Notes: a model not told the origin generated them from the letters alone. 64,000 bases of DNA from an uncultured Spirochaetota bacterium (GCA_963734545.1 CAVTHO010000009.1:244151-308150); one strand, 5' to 3'; counted from the first letter of the stretch, positions 9,555 to 20,322 are shown. Program-made: numbers and translations.

Positions 9555-9575
9555 TGGCAACCTCCCGCGTGGATT

Positions 9576-9618
9576 ATTCTATGGATACCAGAATAGAATA
9601 GAACCCGGGAGATGTCAA
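9576..9618 (-). promoter_or_regulatory. sigma70-type promoter TTGACA-N17-TATTCT overlapped by inverted repeat ATTCTAT-N10-ATAGAAT (candidate operator)
   Basis: Minus strand: TTGACA (plus 9613-9618), TATTCT (plus 9590-9595). The inverted-repeat arms at 9576-9582 and 9593-9599 overlap the -10 box and predicted transcription start, upstream of the ABC ATPase gene. Confidence 0.5.
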
Positions 9619-9658
9619 TTGAAATCTGGGAAACCAGGGGTTCTTTGGGCCTCGCGCC

Positions 9659-10909
9659 TCATTTCTTCTCGGCTTTTTGCCACTCATCGAGCGTTTTGTC
9701 GAGCGGCTGGGTCACCTGTCCCGAGGCTGTCTGGGCAATCCACGGCACGATGACGCTGTCGCGGACCTTTACCCAGTTGTCCGGCAGGAGTCCGGGGAAG
9801 CTGAGGATGCTGTCCAGGGGAATGTGCCCGAGAAGAATGGGGTATTTCTGGGGAAGATCTCTCTCATTGATAGTTTTCAGAGCGGAAAATCCGTCGGTAA
9901 CTCCAAAAACACCGATTCTCTTGGATTGATTCACGTTCAGGAGAGTCTGTTGGACCGCAGGGCTGCAAAACCATTGCAGGAAGGCTCTTGCCTCCCCCTT
10001 GTTGCGGGACGAGCGCAGAACCCCGGCAAAGAGCACGTCGTCCATGACCGGGATGACATTGTCCTGGGAAAGCCATCTGAAATCGAAGTCATGCCTCTTC
10101 TCGACGGGAAGGGCAAAAAAGTCCGTGAACGAAGCGAGCGCGAACAGCGTCTTTCCCGAGGAAAGCAGCTTGTACCAGGGCTGCACGCGGTTACGGCTGG
10201 AGAAGGCGGCGTCCGCGGCCGCTCCTCCATTGACCTGGTTCAGCCACATGCGGATGAAATCCGTGGTCTTGCTCAAGCCGCTTTCATCGTACGCCGGCAG
10301 CTCGTTCCTCCCGGGCCGGAAACGGGCTCCGAACAGCAGCGCCGACGCCGTGAGGAAATCCGCATTCCAGTCTCCCAGGGGCGAAAAACCCATGGCGATG
10401 GGGAGTCCGGTCTTGCTCGTTTTGTTGAAGGCCCTGCTCATTGTCTGCAGGTCATCCAGCGGCATGAACATCTTGTTCGGGAGATCCGCGGAGGTGCGCA
10501 CATAGACGATGGCGGGGAGCGTGAAGGAAATCGGGACGAGGAACGGCCGATTGTCCCGTGATCCCATGGACAACAGCCCCGGGTAGAACCAGGCCGGATC
10601 CATCTTCCCCGGCTTCACGATGTCTCCCAGCGTGTCCAGCCGGTCCATGACGGCGGGTGTAGCCAGCCACTGCCCGACAACGGCGTCCCCCGGCACGCCA
10701 TCCATCACGGCCTGGGAGGGCGTATCCTGGTAGGATATTTCCACTTTGACGTCGGATTGGATGGCGTTGAAGCGATCCACGTACGCGGCCATCTCCGCCC
10801 GGTTCGTGATAAGCTGGACGACCGGCTGCATGCCGAAGCCGCACCCGGTCAGTGCCGCCGCGGCAGACGCGATCATCAGACATGCGAGCGGTCGGATCGG
10901 TCTTCTCAT
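9659..10909 (-). CDS. ABC transporter substrate-binding lipoprotein (family-1-like extracellular solute-binding protein)
   Basis: Start chosen at MRRPIRPLACLMIASAAAALTGC (lipobox LTGC). Size (~416 aa) and sequence are typical of carbohydrate-binding proteins, and it lies directly upstream of the ATPase gene. The family call is made by eye only. Confidence 0.6.
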   Translation of the reverse strand: MRRPIRPLACLMIASAAAALTGCGFGMQPVVQLITNRAEMAAYVDRFNAIQSDVKVEISYQDTPSQAVMDGVPGDAVVGQWLATPAVMDRLDTLGDIVKPGKMDPAWFYPGLLSMGSRDNRPFLVPISFTLPAIVYVRTSADLPNKMFMPLDDLQTMSRAFNKTSKTGLPIAMGFSPLGDWNADFLTASALLFGARFRPGRNELPAYDESGLSKTTDFIRMWLNQVNGGAAADAAFSSRNRVQPWYKLLSSGKTLFALASFTDFFALPVEKRHDFDFRWLSQDNVIPVMDDVLFAGVLRSSRNKGEARAFLQWFCSPAVQQTLLNVNQSKRIGVFGVTDGFSALKTINERDLPQKYPILLGHIPLDSILSFPGLLPDNWVKVRDSVIVPWIAQTASGQVTQPLDKTLDEWQKAEKK

Positions 10910-10916
10910 CCTGAGC

Positions 10917-10945
10917 ACTGTAGGGGGGGGCATTCTTGTTGTCAA
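10917..10945 (-). promoter_or_regulatory. sigma70-type promoter TTGACA-N17-TACAGT (possibly producing a leaderless mRNA)
   Basis: Minus strand: TTGACA (plus 10940-10945), TACAGT (plus 10917-10922). Only 7 nt separate the -10 box from the ATG at 10909. Confidence 0.5.
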
Positions 10946-10977
10946 CACGGGGGGTCTGCTACGATGACAGCAGAAAC

Positions 10978-11916
10978 ATGATGAGCGAGCCGCCCTACCT
11001 TACTTATTCCCGCTACCTGAGGGAGCGCCACGGCTGCACCGTCTATCGCGTGGCGGTGGATGCCGGCTTTTCCTGCCCCAACCGCGCGGATGGAAGGTCC
11101 GGCCGCGGATGCACGTATTGCGCGGAGGACGGCGCCCGGGCCCCGTACCTCGGGAACCGGGAGAGCCTGAAGAACCAGGTGGAGAGCGCCATGTCGTTTC
11201 TCCGCGCGCGATACAGCGCGGAGGCATTCATCCTTTTCTTTCAAGCCTTCTCCAACACGAACGCGGAAGTCGGCGCCCTTCGGCGGATCTATGACAGTGG
11301 ACTGGAGCTCGCTCCGTTTCGTGGCCTGAACGTCGCGACAAGGCCTGACTGCATCGACGAGGACAAGGCGGCGCTTCTGGCCTCCTACAAGGAGCGCGGC
11401 CTGGAGGTGTGGGTGGAGCTGGGGCTTCAGTCGGCGTGCGAATCGACGCTGCGCCGCATCGAAAGGGGACACAGCCGCGAGGATTTCATGCGTGCGTACG
11501 GGCTGCTGAAGGAAAGGGGCCTGAAGGTGGCGGTGCATCTCATCTTCGGGCTGCCGGGGGAAGGATTCGCGCCCATCATGGATACGATCGACACGGTGGC
11601 GCAGCTGGAGCCGGACGGCGTCAAGATCCACAACCTCCATGTCCCCGCGGGCACCGTTCTCGCCGCCGAGCTCGCGAAGGGAGAGCTGACGGTCCCCTCC
11701 CCGCAGCGGCACCTCGAGTACGTCATTGCCGCGATCGAGCGGCTCCCCGCCCGCACCGTCATCATGCGTCTCACCTGCGACACGCCGGCAGAAAGGTTGA
11801 TCGCGCCCAGAGATTTCTGGACCAAGGGAACGTTCACCGCCCGGGTGGCCGCCGAAATGAGGGCGCGCGGGGCGCGCCAGGGGCGGCTGTTCACCGCCGC
11901 GGCCAGCCTTTCGTAG
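10978..11916 (+). CDS. radical SAM protein (TIGR01212/YhcC-like family)
   Basis: MMSEPPYLTYSRYLRERHG...VDAGFSCPNRADGRSGRGCTYC (CxxxxxxxCxxC-type cluster region), FQAFSNT, ELGLQS. The start is trimmed to ATG 10978. Confidence 0.75.
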   Translation: MMSEPPYLTYSRYLRERHGCTVYRVAVDAGFSCPNRADGRSGRGCTYCAEDGARAPYLGNRESLKNQVESAMSFLRARYSAEAFILFFQAFSNTNAEVGALRRIYDSGLELAPFRGLNVATRPDCIDEDKAALLASYKERGLEVWVELGLQSACESTLRRIERGHSREDFMRAYGLLKERGLKVAVHLIFGLPGEGFAPIMDTIDTVAQLEPDGVKIHNLHVPAGTVLAAELAKGELTVPSPQRHLEYVIAAIERLPARTVIMRLTCDTPAERLIAPRDFWTKGTFTARVAAEMRARGARQGRLFTAAASLS

Positions 11917-11990
11917 GCTGCCGCGGAAGGGCTCCGGGCTCGCGGCCGCTCCTGGCGGCATTCCTGTCTACGCTTGACCGTTTGGGAACC

Positions 11991-12498
11991 ATGGTTTACC
12001 CTGACACCAAGAGGCGCGGAGTGGCAATAAAAGACCCGGATATCTTCAGGATCATAGAGAAGATCGGCGATCACTTCTTGAACAATGTGTCCAACCGGTT
12101 CATCCGCAAGGCGCTTGTGGTTCTCGAGCTTCCGCAGGCGGAGTGGGATCGCCTGGAGAACCTCACCAACAAGACGGAGTACTATAAGCAGAACGGCTTC
12201 TCATATGACGAGCTGTACGAGATGGTCCTTGCAGCGGCGCACTTCATCTCCCAGGCGCGGCAGAAGATGGTCCCCAACATCAAGGGGATGCTGGCCCAGG
12301 CGGGAAACGAAAAGGACAAGGTCCTGCGTGACATGGCCGCGCAGAACTTCCCCGTGAATCTCGCCATCCTCTCGGACCTGATCAACGAGCTGTACATGAA
12401 GACCACCGAGCTCGACACGGTCCGAGCACGAGAAGAAGCGCCCTGTCTTCGAACGCATCCCCGAGCTGAAGGACATAGGCAAGCTCCTGGTGAGCTAG
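11991..12498 (+). CDS. hypothetical protein (no recognised family); one +1 frame change near 12420
   Basis: Begins at ATG 11991 (MVYPDTKRRGVAIKDPDIFRIIEKIGDHF...) inside the spurious long ORF 11409..12545. After ...TTELDTV the sensible reading EHEKKRPVFERIPELKDIGKLLVS* continues in the +1 frame to TAG 12496-12498. Confidence 0.5.
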
Positions 12499-12558
12499 GC
12501 GCGGCGCCCAAATCCGCGGACTACCGCGGTCACGGTACTCTGTGACATTCGCGGCGCC

Positions 12559-13845
12559 CTAAAGCTTCTCCGCCGCGGCGTAGATCAGGTCGTACAGCTC
12601 CTGCAGCTTCTCCACGTCCACGCTGGAGAACGCGACGCGGAGGCAGGTGTCGTCCACCGCTATGGTGCCCACGCCGTCTCCCATGAGCAGCGCCTTCCTG
12701 AGGTCCTCCGCTTTTCCTCGATGCAGCCGGAAGCTCATGAAGTATCCCGAGTTGAAGGGGAGAGGGCTGATGGCAGTGCTCTTCTTTTTCGAGAGGATCT
12801 CTCGGGCACGCTCGTAACGCTGCCTCAGGAGCCGGCCCGCTTCCTTCTTCTCCGGCTCTCTGTCAGGACTCTCCATGGCGTGCAGGATCAGGTTCTGCGC
12901 CAGAACGCTGGAATTCGATACGGTGGAGCGCACGGCGCCCATCAGCTTGCGGGTGAGGGCGTCATACTGTTCAGGTGAGAGCCCCCGCGCGCCGAGGGTG
13001 ATGAATCCCGTGCGGAAGCCCCAGGTGAGATCCTCCTTGGTGGAGCCGTCCACCTTGGCCGCAAGGACATTCTCGTGCAGTCCGCACAACCGCGCAAAGA
13101 GCGACTGGGCGTAGATCCCTTCCTCGTAGAAAAGGCCGAAGTACGCGTCATCCATGATGACCAGGCAGTGCGTGCCGGACTCGGCGGCATCCTTGATAAC
13201 CGCAACCACCTCATCTGCTTCTTTCTTCATGAGGGAATAGCCGGTCGGGTTGTTGGGGAAGTTCAGGATCAGCGCAATTCTGCCCGCGCCAGAGGCCTTC
13301 TTGACGGCGCCGCGCAGACCCTCAACGTTGAACGTGCCCGTGGACGAATAAAACGGGAAAGCAGAAATGACCGCCTGGCGCCGGGTTTCGAATATGAGCG
13401 GATAGTTGTCCCAGTGCAGGTCAGGAAGGATCAGTATGTCTCCCTTGTCTACGAAAAGATCGGCCAGCGTGGAGATGCCGCAGGTAAGGCCCGGCGACGA
13501 CGAGCGGAAGGGAGAAGGAGGTGGACCCGATGTCCGGGTTCTTGCGAATGATCTCCTTCTTCCACATCTCCCGAAGCTTTTCCACGCCCTGGGTGGGTGC
13601 ATACGGGAAGATCTCGTCCGGTTCGAGCCCGGGCACCAGGGAACGGATTGTCTGCAGGAAGAGCGGCTTCCCGCGCTTGTGGCGATGCCGACGGTGGCAT
13701 TGGCACGCGTGGCGTGCTTCTTGGCCTCGGCGGACTGCGCGACAATCCCCTTGGGGAAAAACAAGCGTCTGCCCAGCTCGGACAACAGGGCGTCGGCGAC
13801 GCTTCCCTTCAATACGGCATTCAACTCTGACGCAAGCGGGTGCAT
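12559..13845 (-). CDS. class I/II PLP-dependent aminotransferase; two compensating frame changes (~13670 and ~13490)
   Basis: NFPNNPTGYS, IMDDAYFGLFYE, and DGSTKEDLTWGFRTGFI (PLP-Lys region). Residues between ATSAG and LTCGISTL read sensibly only in the frame of ORF 13421..13636 (PGLEPDEIFPYAPTQGVEKLREMWKKEI...). The start MHPLASELN at 13845 fits the upstream promoter. Confidence 0.8.
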   Translation of the reverse strand: MHPLASELNAVLKGSVADALLSELGRRLFFPKGIVAQSAEAKKHATRANATVGIATSAGSRSSCRQSVPWCPGSNRTRSSRMHPPRAWKSFGRCGRRRSFARTRTSGPPPSPFRSSSPGLTCGISTLADLFVDKGDILILPDLHWDNYPLIFETRRQAVISAFPFYSSTGTFNVEGLRGAVKKASGAGRIALILNFPNNPTGYSLMKKEADEVVAVIKDAAESGTHCLVIMDDAYFGLFYEEGIYAQSLFARLCGLHENVLAAKVDGSTKEDLTWGFRTGFITLGARGLSPEQYDALTRKLMGAVRSTVSNSSVLAQNLILHAMESPDREPEKKEAGRLLRQRYERAREILSKKKSTAISPLPFNSGYFMSFRLHRGKAEDLRKALLMGDGVGTIAVDDTCLRVAFSSVDVEKLQELYDLIYAAAEKL

Positions 13846-13851
13846 TCCTGG

Positions 13852-13880
13852 TTTATACGGGAGCGCGGCGGGACTGTCAA
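13852..13880 (-). promoter_or_regulatory. sigma70-type promoter TTGACA-N17-TATAAA; ATG 6 nt after the -10 box (leaderless candidate)
   Basis: Minus strand: TTGACA (plus 13875-13880), 17-nt spacer, TATAAA (plus 13852-13857), then CCAGGA and the ATG at 13845. Confidence 0.55.
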
Positions 13881-13921
13881 CGTTCCCGCTGCCGCCCACC
13901 CCCGGCTCACGCCCGGCCCGC

Positions 13922-13951
13922 TTGACTCGCGACAGCCAATCAGGCTACAAA
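13922..13951 (+). promoter_or_regulatory. candidate sigma70-type promoter TTGACT-N18-TACAAA
   Basis: In the AT-rich divergent intergenic region upstream of the activator gene. An RBS GGAGG at 13996-14000 precedes ATG 14006. Confidence 0.35.
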
Positions 13952-14005
13952 ATTGTAACTTTTAGCTAGCGAATTTACATTTATGTAGGTTCGCCGGAGG
14001 TGGGC

Positions 14006-15577
<1,572 letters not shown>

Positions 15578-15580
15578 ACC

Positions 15581-15596
15581 TGGCACGAACCTTGCA
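15581..15596 (+). promoter_or_regulatory. sigma54 (RpoN) promoter TGGCAC-N5-TTGCA
   Basis: cTGGCACgaaccTTGCAt at 15581-15596 is an exact match to the -24/-12 consensus. It lies 38 nt upstream of the amtB ATG and immediately downstream of the sigma54 activator gene. Confidence 0.75.
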
Positions 15597-15633
15597 TATG
15601 AAGGGCAACGATACTTCGTGCAAGGAGGGTTCA

Positions 15634-16877
15634 ATGCCTGCTATCAATTATGGCGACACCGCCTGGATGCTCGTTTCAACGGCGCTTGTCATGGCCATGA
15701 CAGCTCCAGGGCTTGCCATGTTCTACGGCGGCCTCGTGCGTCGAAAGAACGTGCTGTCCACGATGATGCAGTCTTTCTTCATTCTCTGTCTGATCAGCGT
15801 CCAGTGGGTGCTGTGGGGATACAGCCTGGCATTCGGGCCGGACGCGGGGCATGTCATCGGCAACCTGTCCTGGTTCGCCCTGAACGGAGTGGGCCTGGCG
15901 CCGAACGCCGACTACGCGGCCACGATCCCCCACCAGCTCTTCATGGTCTACCAGATGATGTTTGCAGTCATCACGCCGGCGCTCATCACGGGAGCTTTCG
16001 CAGAGAGAATCAAGTTCTCGACCTTCGTCGTCTTCACGCTCCTGTGGGCAACGCTCGTGTATGACCCCATCGCGCACTGGGTGTGGGGCAAGGACGGATG
16101 GCTGCACAACCTGGGTGCCCTCGACTTTGCGGGCGGAACGGTCGTGCACATTTCCTCGGGGATTTCTGCCCTCGTCTTCGCCCTGGTGATTGGAAAGAGG
16201 GCCGGGTTTCCCAAGATCACTCCGGCACCTCACAACATGACGTACACCCTCATCGGCGCGGCCCTGCTCTGGTTCGGCTGGTTCGGGTTCAACGCGGGCA
16301 GCGCCCTTGCGGCGAATGAGCTGGCCGTCAGCGCATTCATCAACACGAACACGGCCACTGCCATGGCGGGTCTGGCATGGATCATCATTGACTGGTTCGT
16401 CACCAAGAAGCCCACGGTGCTCGGCGCTGCCACGGGCGCGGTTGCAGGATTGGTCGCCATCACGCCGGCCGCGGGGTTCGTCACCCCGATGGGCTCCATT
16501 GCAATCGGTATCGCGGTCGCCATCGTCTGCTACATCGCCGTTGCCGTGATCAAGGGGAAACTGGGCTACGATGATTCCCTGGACGCATTCGGCGTGCATG
16601 GAGTGGGAGGAACGGTGGGAGCGCTGCTCACCGGCGTCTTCGCCTCCAAGCTGATCAACTCAGCCGGCGCCGACGGGGGCATATTCGGCAACTGGAAGCA
16701 GCGTGGGCACACAGGCCATCGCCGTTGCTGGCGGTCATCGCCTACGCGGCGATCGTCACGCTCATCCTCACAAAGGTGCTCGACTGGATCATGGGCCTGC
16801 GCGTGAAGAGCGAGGATGAGGCCATCGGCCTCGACAACACCCAGCACAAAGAGAGCGCCTACACGCTCATCGACTGA
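15634..16877 (+). CDS. amtB: ammonium transporter; two +1 frame changes near 16705 and 16735
   Basis: ATG 15634 follows AAGGAGGG. MPAINYGDTAWMLVSTALVMAMTAPGLAMFYGG, DFAGGTVVHISSG, WFGWFGFNAGSA, DDSLDAFGVHGVGG. The C-terminus VIAYAAIVTLILTKVLDWIMGLRVKSEDEAIGLDNTQHKESAYTLID* is in another frame, ending at TGA 16875-16877. Confidence 0.9.
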
Positions 16878-16888
16878 GGGAGGAAGCC

Positions 16889-17231
16889 ATGAAACTTGAT
16901 CATAGCGATCATACAACCGCACAAGCTCGACGACGTGATGCGCGAGCTGGACGCGCAGGAGATACACCTCAAGACCGTCACAAACGTGCTGGGGTGCGGG
17001 CGGCAGAAGGGCGTCACGGAGGTCTACCGCGGAGTCAAGGAGGCGGGCACCCTTCTCAAGAAGGTGCGCATAGAAATTGGGGTCAACGACGCCTTCGTGC
17101 AGCCGACCGTGGACGCCATCATCAAAGGCGCGCGCACCGGCAACATCGGGGACGGAAAGATATTCGTTCTCCCCATGGAAGAGTGCATCCGTATCCGCAG
17201 CGGGGAAAAAGGAAAAGTAGCCATCGGGTGA
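16889..17231 (+). CDS. glnK: nitrogen regulatory protein P-II
   Basis: [18 protein letters not shown]..., T-loop [28 protein letters not shown] 16889 (MKL) has ideal spacing to GGAGGAAG but is +1 out of frame with the body. The ORF track uses TTG 16896 instead. Located immediately downstream of amtB. Confidence 0.9.
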
Positions 17232-17239
17232 AAGTAATG

Positions 17240-17268
17240 GCGGGGGAGCGGCTTGCGCCCTCCCCCGC
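17240..17268 (+). terminator. GC-rich hairpin after glnK (weak terminator candidate)
   Basis: GCGGGGGAG-N11-CTCCCCCGC followed by a TC-rich, not U-rich, tract. Confidence 0.3.
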
Positions 17269-17339
17269 TCCTCTCTCTCGGGGATCAGCACGCGACAGCC
17301 GGGCGCACCGGCTTCACCCAACCGCATGCGGCCTCCGCC

Positions 17340-17368
17340 TTGACAGGCGGCGTCGGCAGTTGTATAAG
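17340..17368 (+). promoter_or_regulatory. sigma70-type promoter TTGACA-N17-TATAAG
   Basis: TTGACA 17340-17345 and TATAAG 17363-17368. This predicts a leader of ~130 nt before the GTG at 17506. Confidence 0.5.
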
Positions 17369-17505
17369 GGCGCATCTCGTAAACGTTCCCGATTGTCCGA
17401 TTGATGTCCACGGTCATCGCCATCACGACCGAAGCCGTTTTCCTTTTCGCCGCGCCGTCCGCCTCGGGCCTGCTCCTGGACGCGTTTGGAATGAGGGACT
17501 GAAAA

Positions 17506-18672
17506 GTGTCGGGCAGCGTCTCACTCGTGCGGTGCAGTGACTATGATTTCCCGAGAGTCAAGGCATCGGTGAGGCAGGGTCTCGAGCTGCTCGGCGGAAT
17601 TTCCGCCTTCGTCAAGCCCGGCGAGCGGGTGCTGCTCAAGGTGAACCTGCTCATCAGGAGAAAGCCCGAGAAAGCGACGACCACTCACCCTGCCGTTGCA
17701 CGGGCGCTCGCCGAGCTGGTCAGGGAGGCCGGCGGCAAACCCGTCATCGGCGACAGTCCAGGGGGGCGCCATTTCTACACTGCCAGCACCCTTCGATCGG
17801 TCTACGAGACCTGCGGCATGACCGAGGCGGCGCGGGAGAGCGGCGCGGAGCTGAACTGGGATACCGAGGTGGTCGAGGTTCCCTATCCCGAGGGCAGGCG
17901 CGTCAAGCTGGTCAAAACGATCAGGCCCGTGCGCGAGGTGGATAAGATCATCAGCGTGTCCAAGCTCAAGACCCATGGGATGACCGTCTACAGCGGCGCC
18001 GTGAAAAACCTCTTCGGCATAGTCCCCGGCCGGTACAAGGGCGAGTATCACCTGAGATTCGAGGACGTGGACGATTTTGCCGACCTCCTGGTCGATCTCT
18101 GCCTGTTCGCAAAGCCCGTGCTCTCCGTCATGGACGCGGTGGTCGGCATGGAAGGCTACGGGCCGACGAGCGGAAGGCCGCGCGCGGTAGGGCTGATCAT
18201 TTCCAGCCCGGATCCCTATGCCCTCGACGTGGTGGCGGCTGAAATCATCGGCCTGAAGGGCCGGCAGGTCCCGACTATCAGGAAGTCCGCCGAGCGGGGC
18301 TTGTGTCCCTTGCACGCAGAGCAGCTGACCGTGGTGGGAGAGCGGGTCCCGGATGTTGCGGTCCCGACTTTCAGCAAACCGACGGTCAGGATAGCCCTGA
18401 ACTACTACGGACTGCTGCTCCCCGCGGGCTTGAAACGATGGATGGACAATCTGGTCAAGCCGAAACCGCGACTGAATGCGGACGCCTGCAGCGGATGCGG
18501 CGAGTGCGAAGAAGCATGTCCCCCGAAGGCCATTACGATGATGGATCAAAGACCTTCGGTGAATCTTGACGCGTGCATCCGCTGTTTCTGCTGCAACGAG
18601 CTGTGCCCTCGCGGGGCGTTCGCCATCGCCCGGCCGTGGTTCCTGCGGCTGCTCCTGCGCGGCAGCGAATGA
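17506..18672 (+). CDS. DUF362 domain protein with C-terminal 2x[4Fe-4S] ferredoxin domain
   Basis: GTG start after GAGGGA. VLLKVNLL, ISVSKLKTHGMT, VMDAVVGMEGYGP. Two cluster motifs: CSGCGECEEACP and CIRCFCCNELCP. Confidence 0.8.
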   Translation: MSGSVSLVRCSDYDFPRVKASVRQGLELLGGISAFVKPGERVLLKVNLLIRRKPEKATTTHPAVARALAELVREAGGKPVIGDSPGGRHFYTASTLRSVYETCGMTEAARESGAELNWDTEVVEVPYPEGRRVKLVKTIRPVREVDKIISVSKLKTHGMTVYSGAVKNLFGIVPGRYKGEYHLRFEDVDDFADLLVDLCLFAKPVLSVMDAVVGMEGYGPTSGRPRAVGLIISSPDPYALDVVAAEIIGLKGRQVPTIRKSAERGLCPLHAEQLTVVGERVPDVAVPTFSKPTVRIALNYYGLLLPAGLKRWMDNLVKPKPRLNADACSGCGECEEACPPKAITMMDQRPSVNLDACIRCFCCNELCPRGAFAIARPWFLRLLLRGSE

Positions 18673-18713
18673 GCCGGGCGAGAGGCTCGTGTCCTCCCCC
18701 CGCTCCTCTTCCT

Positions 18714-20294
18714 TCAGAAATCCTTCTCCACGTACTCCAGGAAATCGAAGTCCGCGTGGAGTCCCCTGCCGGACAGGTCCTGGCAGCAGAGGGCCGCGAA
18801 TGCACCGGTGAAGCCGCAGGGGACCGCGTGCTCGTCGGAAAGTATCGACGCATCCATCTCCCACCCGATCCGGGCCCAGGTGTTCCCGCCGGGAGAGTAG
18901 CGGAAGCTCAGCCTCTCGTGGTCCATGTCGAAACCGAGGAAGACCCGGTTCCAGCCTTCCACGGGAATCTCCTTCTCCACCGGGTATGAAAGAACGCCGC
19001 GCTCGCAGCGCATGAGGCCGAGGCACCTGGAAGCGTGCGCCGCCCGGCTGATGTAGAGATAGTAGAAGCTGTCGGTGCTGTAGAAAGCGGCAAGCCCGGC
19101 AAGCTGGTGGATGGACGGGGGCTGGAACTCGACGCACGTCGAAACGGAGACCTTGAACGCGCTGATGCGACGCGCGACTATCGCCTGCCGGAAGTTCGAG
19201 AGAATGCTTTCCCGGCCCTTCAGCCTCAGATAGCCCGGCCTCTCGGTCAGGCTCATCAGCGAGTCATCCAGGGGAACGCGAAGAGACTGGTAGCACGGAC
19301 GAAGGATCGGGGCCTCGAAGTCATCACGCGAGGGCTCCGTTTCCCATTCGCGCGTGGGAAGGTCCGGGCCAGCGAACTCCAGGGTGGGCGACCGCCCGCC
19401 CTGCTTCAGACGCAGCCATCCATTCTGGGTCCATTCCACAGCCTGGAGAGAGGTCTCCCGGCCCAGGACCGATCTCCCGTTCGCCAGCGGGCGGCGGCAG
19501 AGATAAGCCATGACCCACTCGCCTCCCTGGGTTTCCACGAGACTCCCGTGCCCGGCGCTCTGGAGGGGAAAAGCGGGATCGTGCGCCGAGGTGAGGAGCG
19601 GATTGCCCGGCATCACCGTGTAGGGGCCGCGGAGCCGCGCCGACCGTGCCACGCTGACGGCATGCGTGGTGAATGTGCCCCCTTCCGCGGTTACCAGGTA
19701 GTAGAAGCCGTTCCGCTTGTACAGGTGGGGGCCTTCCACGAGACCAAGCTCCGTTCCGCCGAAGATCAGCGATTCCTCTCCGACCAGCCGCCGCTGCTCG
19801 GGGCAGTACTCTTGCAGAAGGATTCCTCCGAATCCATTCTGGGCGGGTCGGTAATCCCACAGCACATTGACCAGATACTTTCTTCCGTCGGGATCGTGGA
19901 AAAGGGACGCATCGAAACCCGAGCTGTTGAGGTAGACCGGATCTGACCAGGGGCCCTCGATGGAGGCAGACGTGGTGAGATAGTTATGACAGTCCTTGAC
20001 CTGCCCCGCCCAGCGCTTCATGTCGGTGTACACGAGATGGAAAAGGCCGTCGGACCAGCTCAGGCACGGAGCCCAGACGCCGCCGGAGTTCGGATTGCCG
20101 CGCATGTCCAGGAGGTCGGGCCGGTCCAGGGGCCGGGCGGCAAGGCGCCAGTGCTCGAGATCCCGAGAGTGATGGATACAGACGCCCGGAAACCATTCGA
20201 ATGTCGAGGTGGCGATATAGTAGTCGTCCTCCACGCGCAGGAGGGAAGGGTCAGGATTGAACCCGCGCAGAATGGGATTGCGAATTACGCGCAT
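18714..20294 (-). CDS. glycoside hydrolase family 43 (beta-xylosidase/alpha-L-arabinofuranosidase type) with C-terminal beta-sandwich
   Basis: MRVIRNPILRGFNPDPSLLRVEDDYYIATSTFEWFPG (catalytic Asp region), VWAPCLSW, GFDASLFHDPDG, VEGPHLYKRNGFYYL (catalytic Glu). The start is trimmed to ATG 20294. Confidence 0.85.
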   Translation of the reverse strand: MRVIRNPILRGFNPDPSLLRVEDDYYIATSTFEWFPGVCIHHSRDLEHWRLAARPLDRPDLLDMRGNPNSGGVWAPCLSWSDGLFHLVYTDMKRWAGQVKDCHNYLTTSASIEGPWSDPVYLNSSGFDASLFHDPDGRKYLVNVLWDYRPAQNGFGGILLQEYCPEQRRLVGEESLIFGGTELGLVEGPHLYKRNGFYYLVTAEGGTFTTHAVSVARSARLRGPYTVMPGNPLLTSAHDPAFPLQSAGHGSLVETQGGEWVMAYLCRRPLANGRSVLGRETSLQAVEWTQNGWLRLKQGGRSPTLEFAGPDLPTREWETEPSRDDFEAPILRPCYQSLRVPLDDSLMSLTERPGYLRLKGRESILSNFRQAIVARRISAFKVSVSTCVEFQPPSIHQLAGLAAFYSTDSFYYLYISRAAHASRCLGLMRCERGVLSYPVEKEIPVEGWNRVFLGFDMDHERLSFRYSPGGNTWARIGWEMDASILSDEHAVPCGFTGAFAALCCQDLSGRGLHADFDFLEYVEKDF

Positions 20295-20322
20295 CTTGTT
20301 GCTCTGTGCCGGCTCTTCACGC

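Noticed and set aside
11409-11990. N-terminal 194 codons of ORF 11409..12545
   Set aside because: They overlap the radical-SAM gene in another frame and are Arg/Gly/Ala-rich. The credible gene starts at ATG 11991.
17521-19137. 538-aa ORF (-) spanning the DUF362 gene and the end of GH43
   Set aside because: It is antisense to DUF362 and out of frame with GH43, with low-complexity Arg/Pro/Gly composition.
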